DNA of 36,676 nucleotides from an uncultured Muribaculaceae bacterium (GTDB taxonomy: Bacteria > Bacillota_I > Bacilli_A > RF39 > UBA660). Position 1 is the stretch's first letter, and each line of letters begins with the position of its first letter. The notes under the pieces are model-generated. The model searched no databases. It worked only from the letters and a program-made list of their open reading frames with translations, and was not told the origin of the DNA. Position numbers and translations under genes: made by a program. The stretch is from positions 1 through 36,676 of the forward strand of contig CAZYZU010000002.1 in NCBI GenBank assembly GCA_964652065.1, read 5' to 3'. Below, piece after piece: positions 9,537 through 18,932 of the stretch.

Positions 9537-10446
9537 TATATTCCTCCTTTTGTTTTAAAATATCAAAGAAACTTTCTAATCTTGTAATTATTCCAATATC
9601 ACTATTTATATCTTCCATAATAAGTTTTAATATTGGAATGTTTTTTATTTTTCTTATTGCTAATTCATTTGAAAGAGAATCAGGTCCACATGGAAATGAT
9701 GAAATCATAATAATACCATCTACTTTATCTTTATAATAATTAATACTTGCCATTACTTCTTTGCTGTGAGTCCAGTGGATATCTGTTGATATTTTTTCAC
9801 ATTCATCATCAATTAATTTGTGATTTATTGCATCACTATAGATGATAGTAATATTTTCATTTTTTAAGTAATCTATTATTGGTTTTCCAATTAAATTATC
9901 ATAGGTAATATAGGGATGAGCTGCGATAAGTATTTTTAAATTATCTTTTTTTAAATTATTTTCTTGAATATCTTCTTTTTCTAATCTTTGTTCTAAGTAT
10001 TTCTTTTTAGCAAATTTATAAGCATTATAACTATTAATATAAGAAAAACCTAAATCTTTTCCTAAATTTAGAAATCCTAATAATTCACTGTCTTTTGTTG
10101 TTAAATCAACATTGTAATTAAGAATGTTAATATCGTTAAATGTGTTATTTACTAAATCATATAAACAATTAAAATTTGTACAAACTTGTTCATTCTTTTT
10201 TACTGAAAATAATCTTGGTACTAAAATATAGTCACATTTATTTATTAAGTTATTTACATGACCTAAATATAATTTTAGAGAAAGACATGCTTCATCATTG
10301 GAAAGTGTATTTCCTTTTTCTAATATTTCTTTGTTACTTATATCACTTAATATTATGTCAATTTTTAAATATTTAAAAAAATTTATCCATAAATTTTTAT
10401 AGTAGTAATATAGTAAAGATTTAGGTATTCCTATTTTTATTTTCAT
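9520..10446 (-). CDS. 2-hydroxyacyl-CoA dehydratase-like / activase-associated subunit
   Basis: First gene of the three-gene minus-strand operon. Overlaps the next gene by 17 nt. Confidence 0.5.
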   Translation of the reverse strand: MKIKIGIPKSLLYYYYKNLWINFFKYLKIDIILSDISNKEILEKGNTLSNDEACLSLKLYLGHVNNLINKCDYILVPRLFSVKKNEQVCTNFNCLYDLVNNTFNDINILNYNVDLTTKDSELLGFLNLGKDLGFSYINSYNAYKFAKKKYLEQRLEKEDIQENNLKKDNLKILIAAHPYITYDNLIGKPIIDYLKNENITIIYSDAINHKLIDDECEKISTDIHWTHSKEVMASINYYKDKVDGIIMISSFPCGPDSLSNELAIRKIKNIPILKLIMEDINSDIGIITRLESFFDILKQKEEYNERNN

Positions 10447-10542
10447 GTTGACCTCCTATAAAATAGTATGTAAGTAAGATTCTTTTATTAATTTTTATTT
10501 CGACATATGTTTTATTTGTAGTATAATTAAATAGGTGATAAT

Positions 10543-11118
10543 ATGAAAGATAAAATAATAATGATAATATTAGTAGTTGGAATTATAATAATTCCTAAAA
10601 ATGTTTTTGCAGAAAGTGATACTGTTAAATTAGCTAAATGTGTTGATGGTGATACAGCAAGATTTATAATTAATGGAGTAGAATACTCTACAAGATTTTT
10701 AGCAATAGATACTCCAGAGACAGTAAAACCTAATACTAAAGTACAACCATATGGAAAAGAGGCTACTAATTATACCTGTAATAGTTTGAAAAAAGCTACT
10801 GAAATAGTTTTAGAATATGATGATAATTCTACTAAAGAAGATAAATATGGGAGAAGACTTGCTTGGATTTTTGTAGATGGAGAATTATTACAAAAAAAAC
10901 TTATTTCTAAAGGATACGCAAAAGTCGCTTATTTATATGATGATTATAAATATACTGATATTTTAAAAAATGCAGAGAAAAAAACTAAAAAAAATAAAAT
11001 TGGTATTTGGTCTGATAGTAATCAAGAATCACTTACTGATGAATCAAGTATTTCATTAAGTGAAATTTTAGAGAAATTATATCGTTATGTTAGTAAAGAA
11101 ATTAAAAGTATGTTATAA
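10543..11118 (+). CDS. nuc: secreted thermonuclease (staphylococcal nuclease/SNase family)
   Basis: Signal peptide, then DGDTARF...RFLAIDTPET...PYGKEA...GRRLAWIF, the canonical SNase blocks. Confidence 0.85.
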   Translation: MKDKIIMIILVVGIIIIPKNVFAESDTVKLAKCVDGDTARFIINGVEYSTRFLAIDTPETVKPNTKVQPYGKEATNYTCNSLKKATEIVLEYDDNSTKEDKYGRRLAWIFVDGELLQKKLISKGYAKVAYLYDDYKYTDILKNAEKKTKKNKIGIWSDSNQESLTDESSISLSEILEKLYRYVSKEIKSML

Positions 11119-11144
11119 TAACTTCAAAAGAAAGGAAGTTATTT

Positions 11145-11825
11145 ATGGCAGAAGAAAAAAAGAAAAAAACAACTTCAAAAAAAGGTAATACAACAAATAA
11201 AAAGAATACTAAGTCTAGAAATGTTGAAAAAAAAGAACAAATAGAAAAATCAAATACAATTAAAGTTGAAATAAATAAAGATAAATTAATCAAAACTGTT
11301 TTGGTTACTTTGGGAATTATAATTTTATGTTTAATATGTTTTTTTGCATCAACAATAAATTCTAAGGAATATTCTAAAACTAGCACTGCTTCTTCAACAG
11401 AAGACGTTAGTGAAGAAGATACAAGTGGTTTAGAACAGGCTACAAGTGATGCTGGAAGTGTTTCTGACGATGAGCGTGTTGAACCTGATGAAATAGGCGT
11501 ATCAGATTATTTAGAATTATATAAAGCTGATAGTGATTCATTAGTTTTATTTTCAAGACCAACATGTGAGTATTGTAAGTTAGCAACACCAATACTTGAA
11601 AATATTATTTATGAAACAGGGGTTAAGATAAATTACATTAATGTAGATAATTTATCTGATGATGATAAAAGTGAATTGATAGCTTCAGATTCATACTTTG
11701 AACAAGGTTTTGGAACACCATTAATAATGGTTGTTGGAAATAATTCTATTGTTGATAAAATAGAGGGATTAACTATAATGGATGGTTATAAGTCATTTTT
11801 TAAACAATATGGATTTATAGATTAG
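11145..11825 (+). CDS. membrane-anchored thioredoxin-fold protein (CxxC = CEYC)
   Basis: K-rich N-terminus, one TM, acidic linker, then LVLFSRPTCEYCKLATP thioredoxin-like motif. Confidence 0.6.
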   Translation: MAEEKKKKTTSKKGNTTNKKNTKSRNVEKKEQIEKSNTIKVEINKDKLIKTVLVTLGIIILCLICFFASTINSKEYSKTSTASSTEDVSEEDTSGLEQATSDAGSVSDDERVEPDEIGVSDYLELYKADSDSLVLFSRPTCEYCKLATPILENIIYETGVKINYINVDNLSDDDKSELIASDSYFEQGFGTPLIMVVGNNSIVDKIEGLTIMDGYKSFFKQYGFID

Positions 11826-11834
11826 GAGATTAAT

Positions 11835-12290
11835 ATGGGAATTGTATATAATAAAGCTTTAGAATTTAAAAATAAACATCCTATGACTATAGCTTGGAGA
11901 CTTAAACAAAATTCTGAAATAGTAGAAAGACATTTGAATCCAGGAGAAAAAGTTTTGTATGCTTTTGCGGCACAAAAAAATGATAATCCATTGAACTTTA
12001 TTTCAACTGCAGTAGTTGCACTTACTAGTGAAAGAATTTTAATCGGTAGAAAACGTGTTGTTTTTGGATACTTTTTAGATTCAATTACACCGGATATGTT
12101 TAATGATTTAAAAATACTTAGTGGTATTATTTGGGGAAAAGTATATATTGATTATGTAAAAGAATTTGTAACTCTTTCTAATGTAAGTAAAGATGCTTTA
12201 AGTGAAATTGAAACATCTATATCATCGTTTATGATGAATGAAAAGAAAAAATACGGATATAATAAACCTCATATGAATGGAGAAAATTAG
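11835..12290 (+). CDS. bacterial PH-domain (YokE-like) protein
   Basis: 151-aa ORF with an RBS. Weak resemblance to bPH/YokE proteins. Terminator at 12289..12313. Confidence 0.35.
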   Translation: MGIVYNKALEFKNKHPMTIAWRLKQNSEIVERHLNPGEKVLYAFAAQKNDNPLNFISTAVVALTSERILIGRKRVVFGYFLDSITPDMFNDLKILSGIIWGKVYIDYVKEFVTLSNVSKDALSEIETSISSFMMNEKKKYGYNKPHMNGEN

Positions 12291-12337
12291 ACTTTTAATA
12301 AGTCTTTTTTTTTGCTATAATCATAATAGGTGATAAT

Positions 12338-13567
12338 ATGAAAAAAATGTTTAATATCGTAATTATTTTAGGTGTATTGGCATTGCTATATCAATTTTTT
12401 ATAATGCTATTTGTTAATAAAAGAAATTCTAATTATTCTGTATTAACTGATGATGATAGTTATTTAATAAAAGAGGATTATAAAAGGGAAAAAGATATTA
12501 ATATGTATACTTTTTTAATAACTGATAAAGAAAAAAATAATTTTGTTTATAGTTATCAAGGAGATTTAAATAAACAGAGTAAAGTAATAAAAGATGTTAT
12601 TAACTATAAAAAGGATAATTTGAACTGTATTGCTCCTGTATTTAAAAATAATAAAATTGAAAATATAGTATGTAAATATAATGGAGAACTTGTTAGTTAT
12701 ACATATTTAGATCAAATTGGTAATGTTGATGTAGATAATTTTATAGAAGTGTTATCTAATAGTAAATATGATTTTGATGATAGCTTTAGAAAAATTAATA
12801 ATTCTAAAACTGATTATCAAAATATTTCTTATTATAATGATATTGATCCTAATTTATATTTTACTATTTGGAATTATAATAGTTTATATGTAATAAATCA
12901 AAAAAATACAGAATTAAAAGATTTATTAAATAAAGATTCATATGAAAATACATATGCAATTTTAGATAATAAATTTTATGTTGTAGTTGATACAGATTCA
13001 TCATTTAATAGTTTTTATGTTGTTAATATAAAAGATGGTGGTAAAACAAAAGTTTCTGCAGATGGTTCCGTTTCAAATAATATCTATTATAATGGTATTT
13101 ATAAAAATGAAATATATTTTACTGATATAGAGAATAAAAAACAGTATATTATTAATCCTGCAAAAGAAGAAATAAATTTACTTGATACTCCAAAATATTA
13201 TGATGGTTCTAAGTTAAAAGATGTTGATATATCAGAATTAACTACAGAAAAGAAATATTTTGTTAAACACATTATTCCTGATACTTTAAAAAATAAATAT
13301 GGAGATAGTATTATATATTCTAATCAAAATTATTATTATTCAAAAGATGGAGCTGTATATAGCATTATTGGTAATAATTATGATTATAAAGTATTATTAT
13401 TTAAATTTGATGCTTTTAATGAGGTTAAAGTATTAAATGGTAATGTTTATGGAATTAACAAAGATACTGTTTATATGTATAATAATAAAATTGGATTAAA
13501 GAAAGTATTAACAAATAGAGAATTAATTTATAATTATAAAAATATTTTTGATGTTTATGAAAAATAG
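12338..13567 (+). CDS. hypothetical membrane-anchored protein
   Basis: 409-aa ORF, RBS AGGTGA, N-terminal TM. No family recognised. Confidence 0.5.
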   Translation: MKKMFNIVIILGVLALLYQFFIMLFVNKRNSNYSVLTDDDSYLIKEDYKREKDINMYTFLITDKEKNNFVYSYQGDLNKQSKVIKDVINYKKDNLNCIAPVFKNNKIENIVCKYNGELVSYTYLDQIGNVDVDNFIEVLSNSKYDFDDSFRKINNSKTDYQNISYYNDIDPNLYFTIWNYNSLYVINQKNTELKDLLNKDSYENTYAILDNKFYVVVDTDSSFNSFYVVNIKDGGKTKVSADGSVSNNIYYNGIYKNEIYFTDIENKKQYIINPAKEEINLLDTPKYYDGSKLKDVDISELTTEKKYFVKHIIPDTLKNKYGDSIIYSNQNYYYSKDGAVYSIIGNNYDYKVLLFKFDAFNEVKVLNGNVYGINKDTVYMYNNKIGLKKVLTNRELIYNYKNIFDVYEK

Positions 13568-13604
13568 AATTATTTTTAATTAATTTCATATATTAAAATA
13601 GGTA

Positions 13605-13633
13605 TTGCTAAAAAAGTGATATTTTGTTATAAT
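13605..13633 (+). promoter_or_regulatory. promoter for tRNA-Cys/tRNA-Gly pair
   Basis: TTGCTA, 17-nt spacer, TGtTATAAT. Confidence 0.6.
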
Positions 13634-13645
13634 CTTATGTGTGAT

Positions 13646-13719
13646 GGGGCTTTAGCCAAGTGGTAAGGCGTGGGTCTGCAACACCCTGAGCACCGGTTCA
13701 AATCCGGTAGGCCCCTCCA
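13646..13719 (+). tRNA. tRNA-Cys (GCA)
   Basis: Cloverleaf folded by hand. Acceptor GGGGCTT/AGGCCCC, anticodon loop CTGCAAC, T-arm ACCGG-TTCAAAT-CCGGT, encoded CCA. Confidence 0.9.
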
Positions 13720-13762
13720 TAATAAGTAATAAATATAATTTAATTATTATATTTTTTTATAC

Positions 13763-13837
13763 GCAGATGTAGTTTAGTGGTTAGAATACGGCCTTGCCAA
13801 GGCTGTGACGGGGATTCGATTTCCCTCATCTGCTCCA
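13763..13837 (+). tRNA. tRNA-Gly (GCC)
   Basis: Acceptor GCAGATG/CATCTGC, anticodon loop TTGCCAA, T-loop TTCGATT, discriminator T, encoded CCA. Confidence 0.9.
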
Positions 13838-13844
13838 ATATGAC

Positions 13845-13871
13845 AAAACTCTTGAAAATCAAGAGTTTTTT
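13845..13871 (+). terminator. intrinsic terminator after tRNA pair
   Basis: AAAACTCTTGA-AAA-TCAAGAGTTTT followed by a T-run. Confidence 0.75.
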
Positions 13872-13908
13872 ATTTATAAAAAAAGTTTAGTAACATAATA
13901 CTAAACTT

Positions 13909-14661
13909 TTATATTAATTTTTTTAATTTTTCAATGGAAAGTAAATTTTCTTCTTTTTTATTATTTAAATATTCTATTATTTTTAAAATGTATTCATCAT
14001 AATTAAAATTATTATCATTTGTATTTATAAATTCATTATTTAAGGAGTTATACAGGGGAGTTACTATTTCTCCATTTAGATTAATATAACAAGATATTAT
14101 TGCTGTTTCTCTTCCTATATTTATTTCTTTAGTTGCTAAAGCAACTTTTTCATTACAATTTTCAAGTAATTCAAAATCTTTAATAGCTGTAAACTTATTT
14201 GATATTATTTTTCCTTTAGAAGTATCATATATTGCTTGATATTGTTCTTTTTGATTATTACAGTTTATTAATAATTTGTCATTATCTAATTTTATATAGT
14301 ATCTTCCAGGTAATTTATTTACTTCTTTTAATTCTTCATCTTCATATTTGTAATGAATTGATTTTGTTCCAATTGAATCAATGTTATTTATATCATTTTT
14401 TAAAGTGACTATGAAATTATAATTTGGTAATATATCAATATTTTCATATATTTCTTTAAAGGGGATAATTGTTTTTAATTTTTTATCAAGTACTCCTAAT
14501 AAAGTTAATTTTTCGTTATTTAAAAAAGAAATAGTTTTTGTTTCTGTTTCTGATAATTCTCTTTTTACTAGTGCACAATTATATATGAATTCTAATTGTT
14601 CTTCATTAATACTTAATTTTGTAATTTTATCAATCTTATTTGTATATTCAATTTTAATCAT
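13909..14661 (-). CDS. hypothetical protein
   Basis: 250-aa ORF with RBS GGGGTGA upstream. No family recognised. Confidence 0.5.
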   Translation of the reverse strand: MIKIEYTNKIDKITKLSINEEQLEFIYNCALVKRELSETETKTISFLNNEKLTLLGVLDKKLKTIIPFKEIYENIDILPNYNFIVTLKNDINNIDSIGTKSIHYKYEDEELKEVNKLPGRYYIKLDNDKLLINCNNQKEQYQAIYDTSKGKIISNKFTAIKDFELLENCNEKVALATKEINIGRETAIISCYINLNGEIVTPLYNSLNNEFINTNDNNFNYDEYILKIIEYLNNKKEENLLSIEKLKKLI

Positions 14662-14760
14662 AGTTTCACCCCTTAAAGTTTTTCATATTATAACATATTT
14701 TGATTATTTTTACTAGAAAAAAATTTATTATATGGTATTATTATATAGATAGGAGGTTAT

Positions 14761-15441
14761 ATGAAAAAGATAGTAAACGTTTTTATTGGAATTATATTAG
14801 TATTTATTTGTTGTAGTTGTTCTAATAATAAGATAGATGAATCTAAGTTGTTAGGTATTAATTTTGATGTTAAGAAAAATGAGGTGAAACTTGATTCTTA
14901 TGACACAGAAAATCCTGTTGTTTGTATGTATATAGAAAACTATGGGGCTATTGTTATGGAACTTTATCCAAAAAAAGCAGAAAATACTGTTAATAATTTT
15001 ATTTCATTAGTTAAAAGTGGTTTCTATGATAATAATACATTTCATAGATTAGATCCTGGATTTGTATTACAAGGAGGAGATCCAACAGGAACTGGAACTG
15101 GTAATCCTGGTTATTCAATAAAAGGAGAATTTACAAATAATGGATATTCTAATAATGATTTAAAACATGAAGAAAAAATTGTTTCTATGGCAAGAAGTTC
15201 CTCAATGGATTCTGGAGGAAGTCAATTTTTTATTATGTTAGGTGAATCATCTTCTTTAGATGGAGATTATGCTGCCTTTGGTAAAGTTATTGATGGATGG
15301 GATATAATTAAAGAAATAGAAAACAATGAAATTGTTGAAAATGAGACTACTGGAAAATTACAAACTAATTTAACAATAAAAAAATCTTTAGTTGACACTA
15401 AAGGTAAAACTTATAAAGAAGTAGAAAAAATAGAAGAGTAA
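14761..15441 (+). CDS. ppiB: cyclophilin-type peptidyl-prolyl isomerase, lipoprotein
   Basis: Lipobox-like FICCSCS. FHRLDPGFVLQGGDPTGTGTGNPGYSIKGEF and SGGSQFFI motifs. Confidence 0.85.
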   Translation: MKKIVNVFIGIILVFICCSCSNNKIDESKLLGINFDVKKNEVKLDSYDTENPVVCMYIENYGAIVMELYPKKAENTVNNFISLVKSGFYDNNTFHRLDPGFVLQGGDPTGTGTGNPGYSIKGEFTNNGYSNNDLKHEEKIVSMARSSSMDSGGSQFFIMLGESSSLDGDYAAFGKVIDGWDIIKEIENNEIVENETTGKLQTNLTIKKSLVDTKGKTYKEVEKIEE

Positions 15442-15454
15442 ATCTCTTCTATTT
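15428..15454. terminator. bidirectional hairpin between convergent ppiB and dCMP deaminase genes
   Basis: 11-bp stem AAATAGAAGAG/CTCTTCTATTT with a 5-nt loop that contains the ppiB stop codon. Confidence 0.6.
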
Positions 15455-16009
15455 TAGTCTTTTAATTTTTTTGTCTGGTTTTAAGGATAATTCATATTCT
15501 TTTTGATGATTTTCTTTTAATTGTCTATATGTTATTCCACAAGTATCAAGTATCATTTTAGATGCATCATTTTCTTCTGTTCCTTTATATTTGTCAGATA
15601 AAAAAACTATTTCTTTTATTCCTGATTGAACTATAGCTTTTGCGCATTCATTGCATGGAAATAGGTCAACATAGATTCTTGAATTTAATAAATCCTTTCT
15701 ACTACCACGATAATTTAAAATTGCGTTAAGTTCAGCATGGCAAACATAAGGATATTTGGTTTCATTTTTTGTTGTTCCTGTTCTTTCCCATGGAAATATA
15801 TTATCATCAAATCCATTAGGAGTACCATTATATCCAATTGATAAAATTCTATTATCTTGGTCAACAATACATGCACCAACTTGGGTAGATGGATCTTTGC
15901 TTCTTCCAGCTGCTAATTTAGCAATTCCCATAAAAAATTCATCCCAACTTAGATAATCTTCTCTTTTTTTTCCTAGTATCTTTTCATTTAATTTTTCTTC
16001 AACATTCAT
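15449..16009 (-). CDS. comEB: dCMP deaminase (ComEB-type)
   Basis: VCHAELNAI and PCNECAK zinc-binding motifs. Confidence 0.85.
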   Translation of the reverse strand: MNVEEKLNEKILGKKREDYLSWDEFFMGIAKLAAGRSKDPSTQVGACIVDQDNRILSIGYNGTPNGFDDNIFPWERTGTTKNETKYPYVCHAELNAILNYRGSRKDLLNSRIYVDLFPCNECAKAIVQSGIKEIVFLSDKYKGTEENDASKMILDTCGITYRQLKENHQKEYELSLKPDKKIKRLK

Positions 16010-16101
16010 GATTATTCCTCCATATATATTTTAACACATATAAAACACTTTTCAAATATTTAAAAATATGTTATAATATGCGCATAAAAAGGGAGGTTAT
16101 T

Positions 16102-16995
16102 ATGAAAACAATAACTTTAACCAAAAAACAATTAGAAAAATTAACAAGAATAGAATTACCTAAAGAGGTTGCTAACACAGAAAGTGAAATATATTTATTA
16201 GATAAAGGTAATTGGCGATACAGTGATGGTTCTTTATTATTAAAAAAATTACATTTAATTAGTGGTGATTCTATAGCTAATAAATTATATAATATTAGTT
16301 TGTTAGGAGATAATGAAGAAAGAATTGGATTAGATGAGCTAGTTATACCTAAACAATTGGTATCTGTTGATAATAATGTTATTGGATTTACAGTTCCAAG
16401 GATAGATGGTGAAAATTTAGGAGTTATTTTACATGATTATAAAGTTTCTAACGAAGATAAAATTAAATATTTATATAAAGTTGGTAAATTATTAAAAAAA
16501 ACAAAGAAAATGACTAATATAGGATTAAAATTTAATTTTGGTGATTTACATGAATATAATTTTTTAATTAATGAGAATAATGAACTAAGAGCAATTGATT
16601 TAGATAGTTGTTATTTAAATACTTTAAATCCTTCACCATCTTATTATCTAAATACTAATAAAAATTTGGATATTTTTAAAGATAAATATAAAAAGAATGA
16701 TATGGGAATTGTATATCCTGATGATAACAGTGATTTATTATGTTATATTATGATGATTTTAAATACAATTGGTAGAGAAAAGATTTCAAGATTAGGTGTT
16801 TCAGATTATTTTGAGTATGTTAACTATTTAGATAATTTAGGATTTGGTAAGGATATTATTCGTTCCTTTCAAAATATTTATTCAAAAACTAATAATATTA
16901 ATCCATCTAATTATTTAGAACAGATACCTGATGATAAAATTGGTGAGGCTTCTTTTAAAGTTTTCAATTTAAAGAAAAAAAGAGGTATACTATAA
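16102..16995 (+). CDS. protein-kinase-like fold protein, distant paralogue of 3486..4829
   Basis: ATG at 16102 lies 5 nt after GGGAGG. FGDLHEYNFLINENNELRAIDLDSCY (HxDLHxxN...D-type motif). Confidence 0.5.
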   Translation: MKTITLTKKQLEKLTRIELPKEVANTESEIYLLDKGNWRYSDGSLLLKKLHLISGDSIANKLYNISLLGDNEERIGLDELVIPKQLVSVDNNVIGFTVPRIDGENLGVILHDYKVSNEDKIKYLYKVGKLLKKTKKMTNIGLKFNFGDLHEYNFLINENNELRAIDLDSCYLNTLNPSPSYYLNTNKNLDIFKDKYKKNDMGIVYPDDNSDLLCYIMMILNTIGREKISRLGVSDYFEYVNYLDNLGFGKDIIRSFQNIYSKTNNINPSNYLEQIPDDKIGEASFKVFNLKKKRGIL

Positions 16996-17000
16996 AACAA

Positions 17001-17029
17001 TTGTAAAAATATAAAAAATAGTCTATAAT
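17001..17029 (+). promoter_or_regulatory. promoter of T-box/HD/valS operon
   Basis: TTGTAA, 17-nt spacer, TATAAT. Confidence 0.55.
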
Positions 17030-17035
17030 ATATGT

Positions 17036-17257
17036 AGATGCATTGATATCGAGGAGTATATAATAAAAATTTTTAGAGAGGTTATGGTTGCTGAAAATAA
17101 CTAATTGATATTATAGAAGGTAGCGATGGAGCATAGTTATTGAAAATAAGTAAATAATTCCGGATAATTCCGTTAAAAATATTGAGATTATTATTTAATA
17201 ATAAATTAAGGTGGTACCACGAACTATTCGTCCTTATAGGATGGGTAGTTTTTTTTT
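17036..17257 (+). promoter_or_regulatory. T-box leader, probable Val specificity
   Basis: Stem I AGAGA bulge (about 17075). Candidate specifier GUA at 17120-17122 in GAAGGUAGC. T-box sequence AATTAAGGTGGTACCACG (17204-17221). Terminator CTATTCGTCC/AGGATGGGTAG plus T9 (17224-17257). Confidence 0.8.
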
Positions 17258-17271
17258 GGAGGGATATAGTT

Positions 17272-18027
17272 ATGGATAGAGCTATTGAAGAGTTTAAAAT
17301 TTATACTGATTCTTATATTGAAATAAGTGATAAATGTGTATTAAAAATAGATCATACTTTTCGAGTCATGGAATTATGTAAAAAGATTGCTTTGAGTTTA
17401 AATTTAAATAAAGAAGACATATCTTTAGCAATGTTATGTGGACTATTACATGATATTGGTAGATTTGAACAATGGAAGAGATATAATACTTTTGTAGATG
17501 GTAAAAGTATTGATCATGGCGATTTAGGAGTAGAAATTTTAACAACAAATAAATTTTTAAGAAAATTTATTGATTCTGAAGAATTTGATTCAATTATATT
17601 AAATAGTGTTTTATTTCATAATAAATATAATATTTCAAATGAATTGAGTGAGCGTGAAAAACTTTTTTGTAAAATAGTTAGAGATGCTGATAAAATTGAT
17701 ATTTTATATTTATATACAATTGGGCATTTAAGTGTTGATACAAATAATGAAATTTTTAGTGATGATGTATTAAATTCTTTAAGAAATAATAAGTTAATAG
17801 AAAGAAAAATGAAAAAGACTAAGGCAGATACTCTATCTGTATCACTGGGATTTGTTTTTGATATTAATTTTAAAAAAAGTATTGAAATATTAAAGAAAAA
17901 TAATTATATAAATAAGGAAATTGATATTTATAAAGAAAAAACTAATAATTTAGATTTTATTAATGAATTAGAAGAAGTTAGATTAATAATAAATAAATAT
18001 ATAGAAAGTAGGTTAGAATTATGTTAG
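17272..18027 (+). CDS. HD-domain phosphohydrolase
   Basis: ATG at 17272 after [18 protein letters not shown] motif. Stop overlaps the valS start (ATGTTAG). Confidence 0.7.
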   Translation: MDRAIEEFKIYTDSYIEISDKCVLKIDHTFRVMELCKKIALSLNLNKEDISLAMLCGLLHDIGRFEQWKRYNTFVDGKSIDHGDLGVEILTTNKFLRKFIDSEEFDSIILNSVLFHNKYNISNELSEREKLFCKIVRDADKIDILYLYTIGHLSVDTNNEIFSDDVLNSLRNNKLIERKMKKTKADTLSVSLGFVFDINFKKSIEILKKNNYINKEIDIYKEKTNNLDFINELEEVRLIINKYIESRLELC

Positions 18028-18932
18028 ATAAAAAATATAATCATATAGAAGTAGAAGAGGGTAAATATAATGAATGGATAGAAAAAGGATATTTTTCATC
18101 GGGAGATATGTCAAAGAAACCTTTTTGCGTAGTTATTCCTCCACCAAATGTTACAGGTAAACTTCACTTAGGTCATGCTTGGGATGTAACACTTCAAGAT
18201 ATTATAATTCGTTATAAAAGAATGCAAGGATATGACTGTTTATGGCTTCCAGGAATGGATCATGCAGGTATTGCTACTCAAGCTAAAGTTGATAAAAAGT
18301 TACGTGATGAAGGAGTTAATCCTAGATCATTATCAAGAGAAGAATGGACTAAAAAAGCTTGGGAATGGAAAGATGAATTTGCACAAACTATTCATTCTCA
18401 ATGGGCTAAGATGGGTATTAGTGTTGATTATAATAAAGAAAGATTTACATTAGATGATGGTCTTAATCAAGCAGTTAACAAAGTGTTTATTGACTTATAT
18501 AATAAGGGTTTAATATATAGAGGAGAAAGAATTATTAACTGGGATCCTGTTCAAATGACAGCTTTATCTAATGAAGAAGTTATTTATCAAGATGATCCAG
18601 GGGCATTTTATCATTTGAAATATTTTATTGAAGATAGTGATAAATATTTAGAAGTTGCGACAACTCGTCCTGAAACATTATTTGGCGATACTGCAGTAGC
18701 AGTTAATCCAGAAGATGATAGATATAAAGATTTAATAGGAAAGAATGTTGTTTTACCAATAGTTAATAAGCTAATTCCAATTGTAGGAGATTCTCATGCT
18801 GATCCTGAGTTTGGTACTGGTGTTGTTAAAACGACACCCCTTGGTACAAACTCAATATTTACAAGGGTTAGCGAAGGGATAATGAACATAATTAATCAAT
18901 TATTTATACAAAGAAAAGAGGTAAATGCATAA
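18021..18932 (+). pseudogene. valS: 5' fragment of bacterial-type valS (native codons 1-270, then a 33-codon element-derived tail)
   Basis: [19 protein letters not shown] block ... [11 protein letters not shown]. The frame then diverges into TTPLGTNS... at 18831. The continuation is found at 30840. Confidence 0.9.
18832..18848 (+). repeat. left terminal arm (attL, element side)
   Basis: CGACACCCCTTGGTACA is an inverted partner of 30818..30836. Confidence 0.7.

Noticed and set aside
17119-17121. GGU (Gly) as the T-box specifier
   Set aside because: The antiterminator bulge UGGU implies discriminator A73, whereas the tRNA-Gly in this window has U. The downstream gene is valS. The overlapping register GUA (Val) is preferred.
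18232-18453. 73-aa same-strand alternative-frame ORF inside the valS 5' fragment
   Set aside because: It overlaps a frame with clear ValRS homology, has no RBS and shows no recognisable motif.
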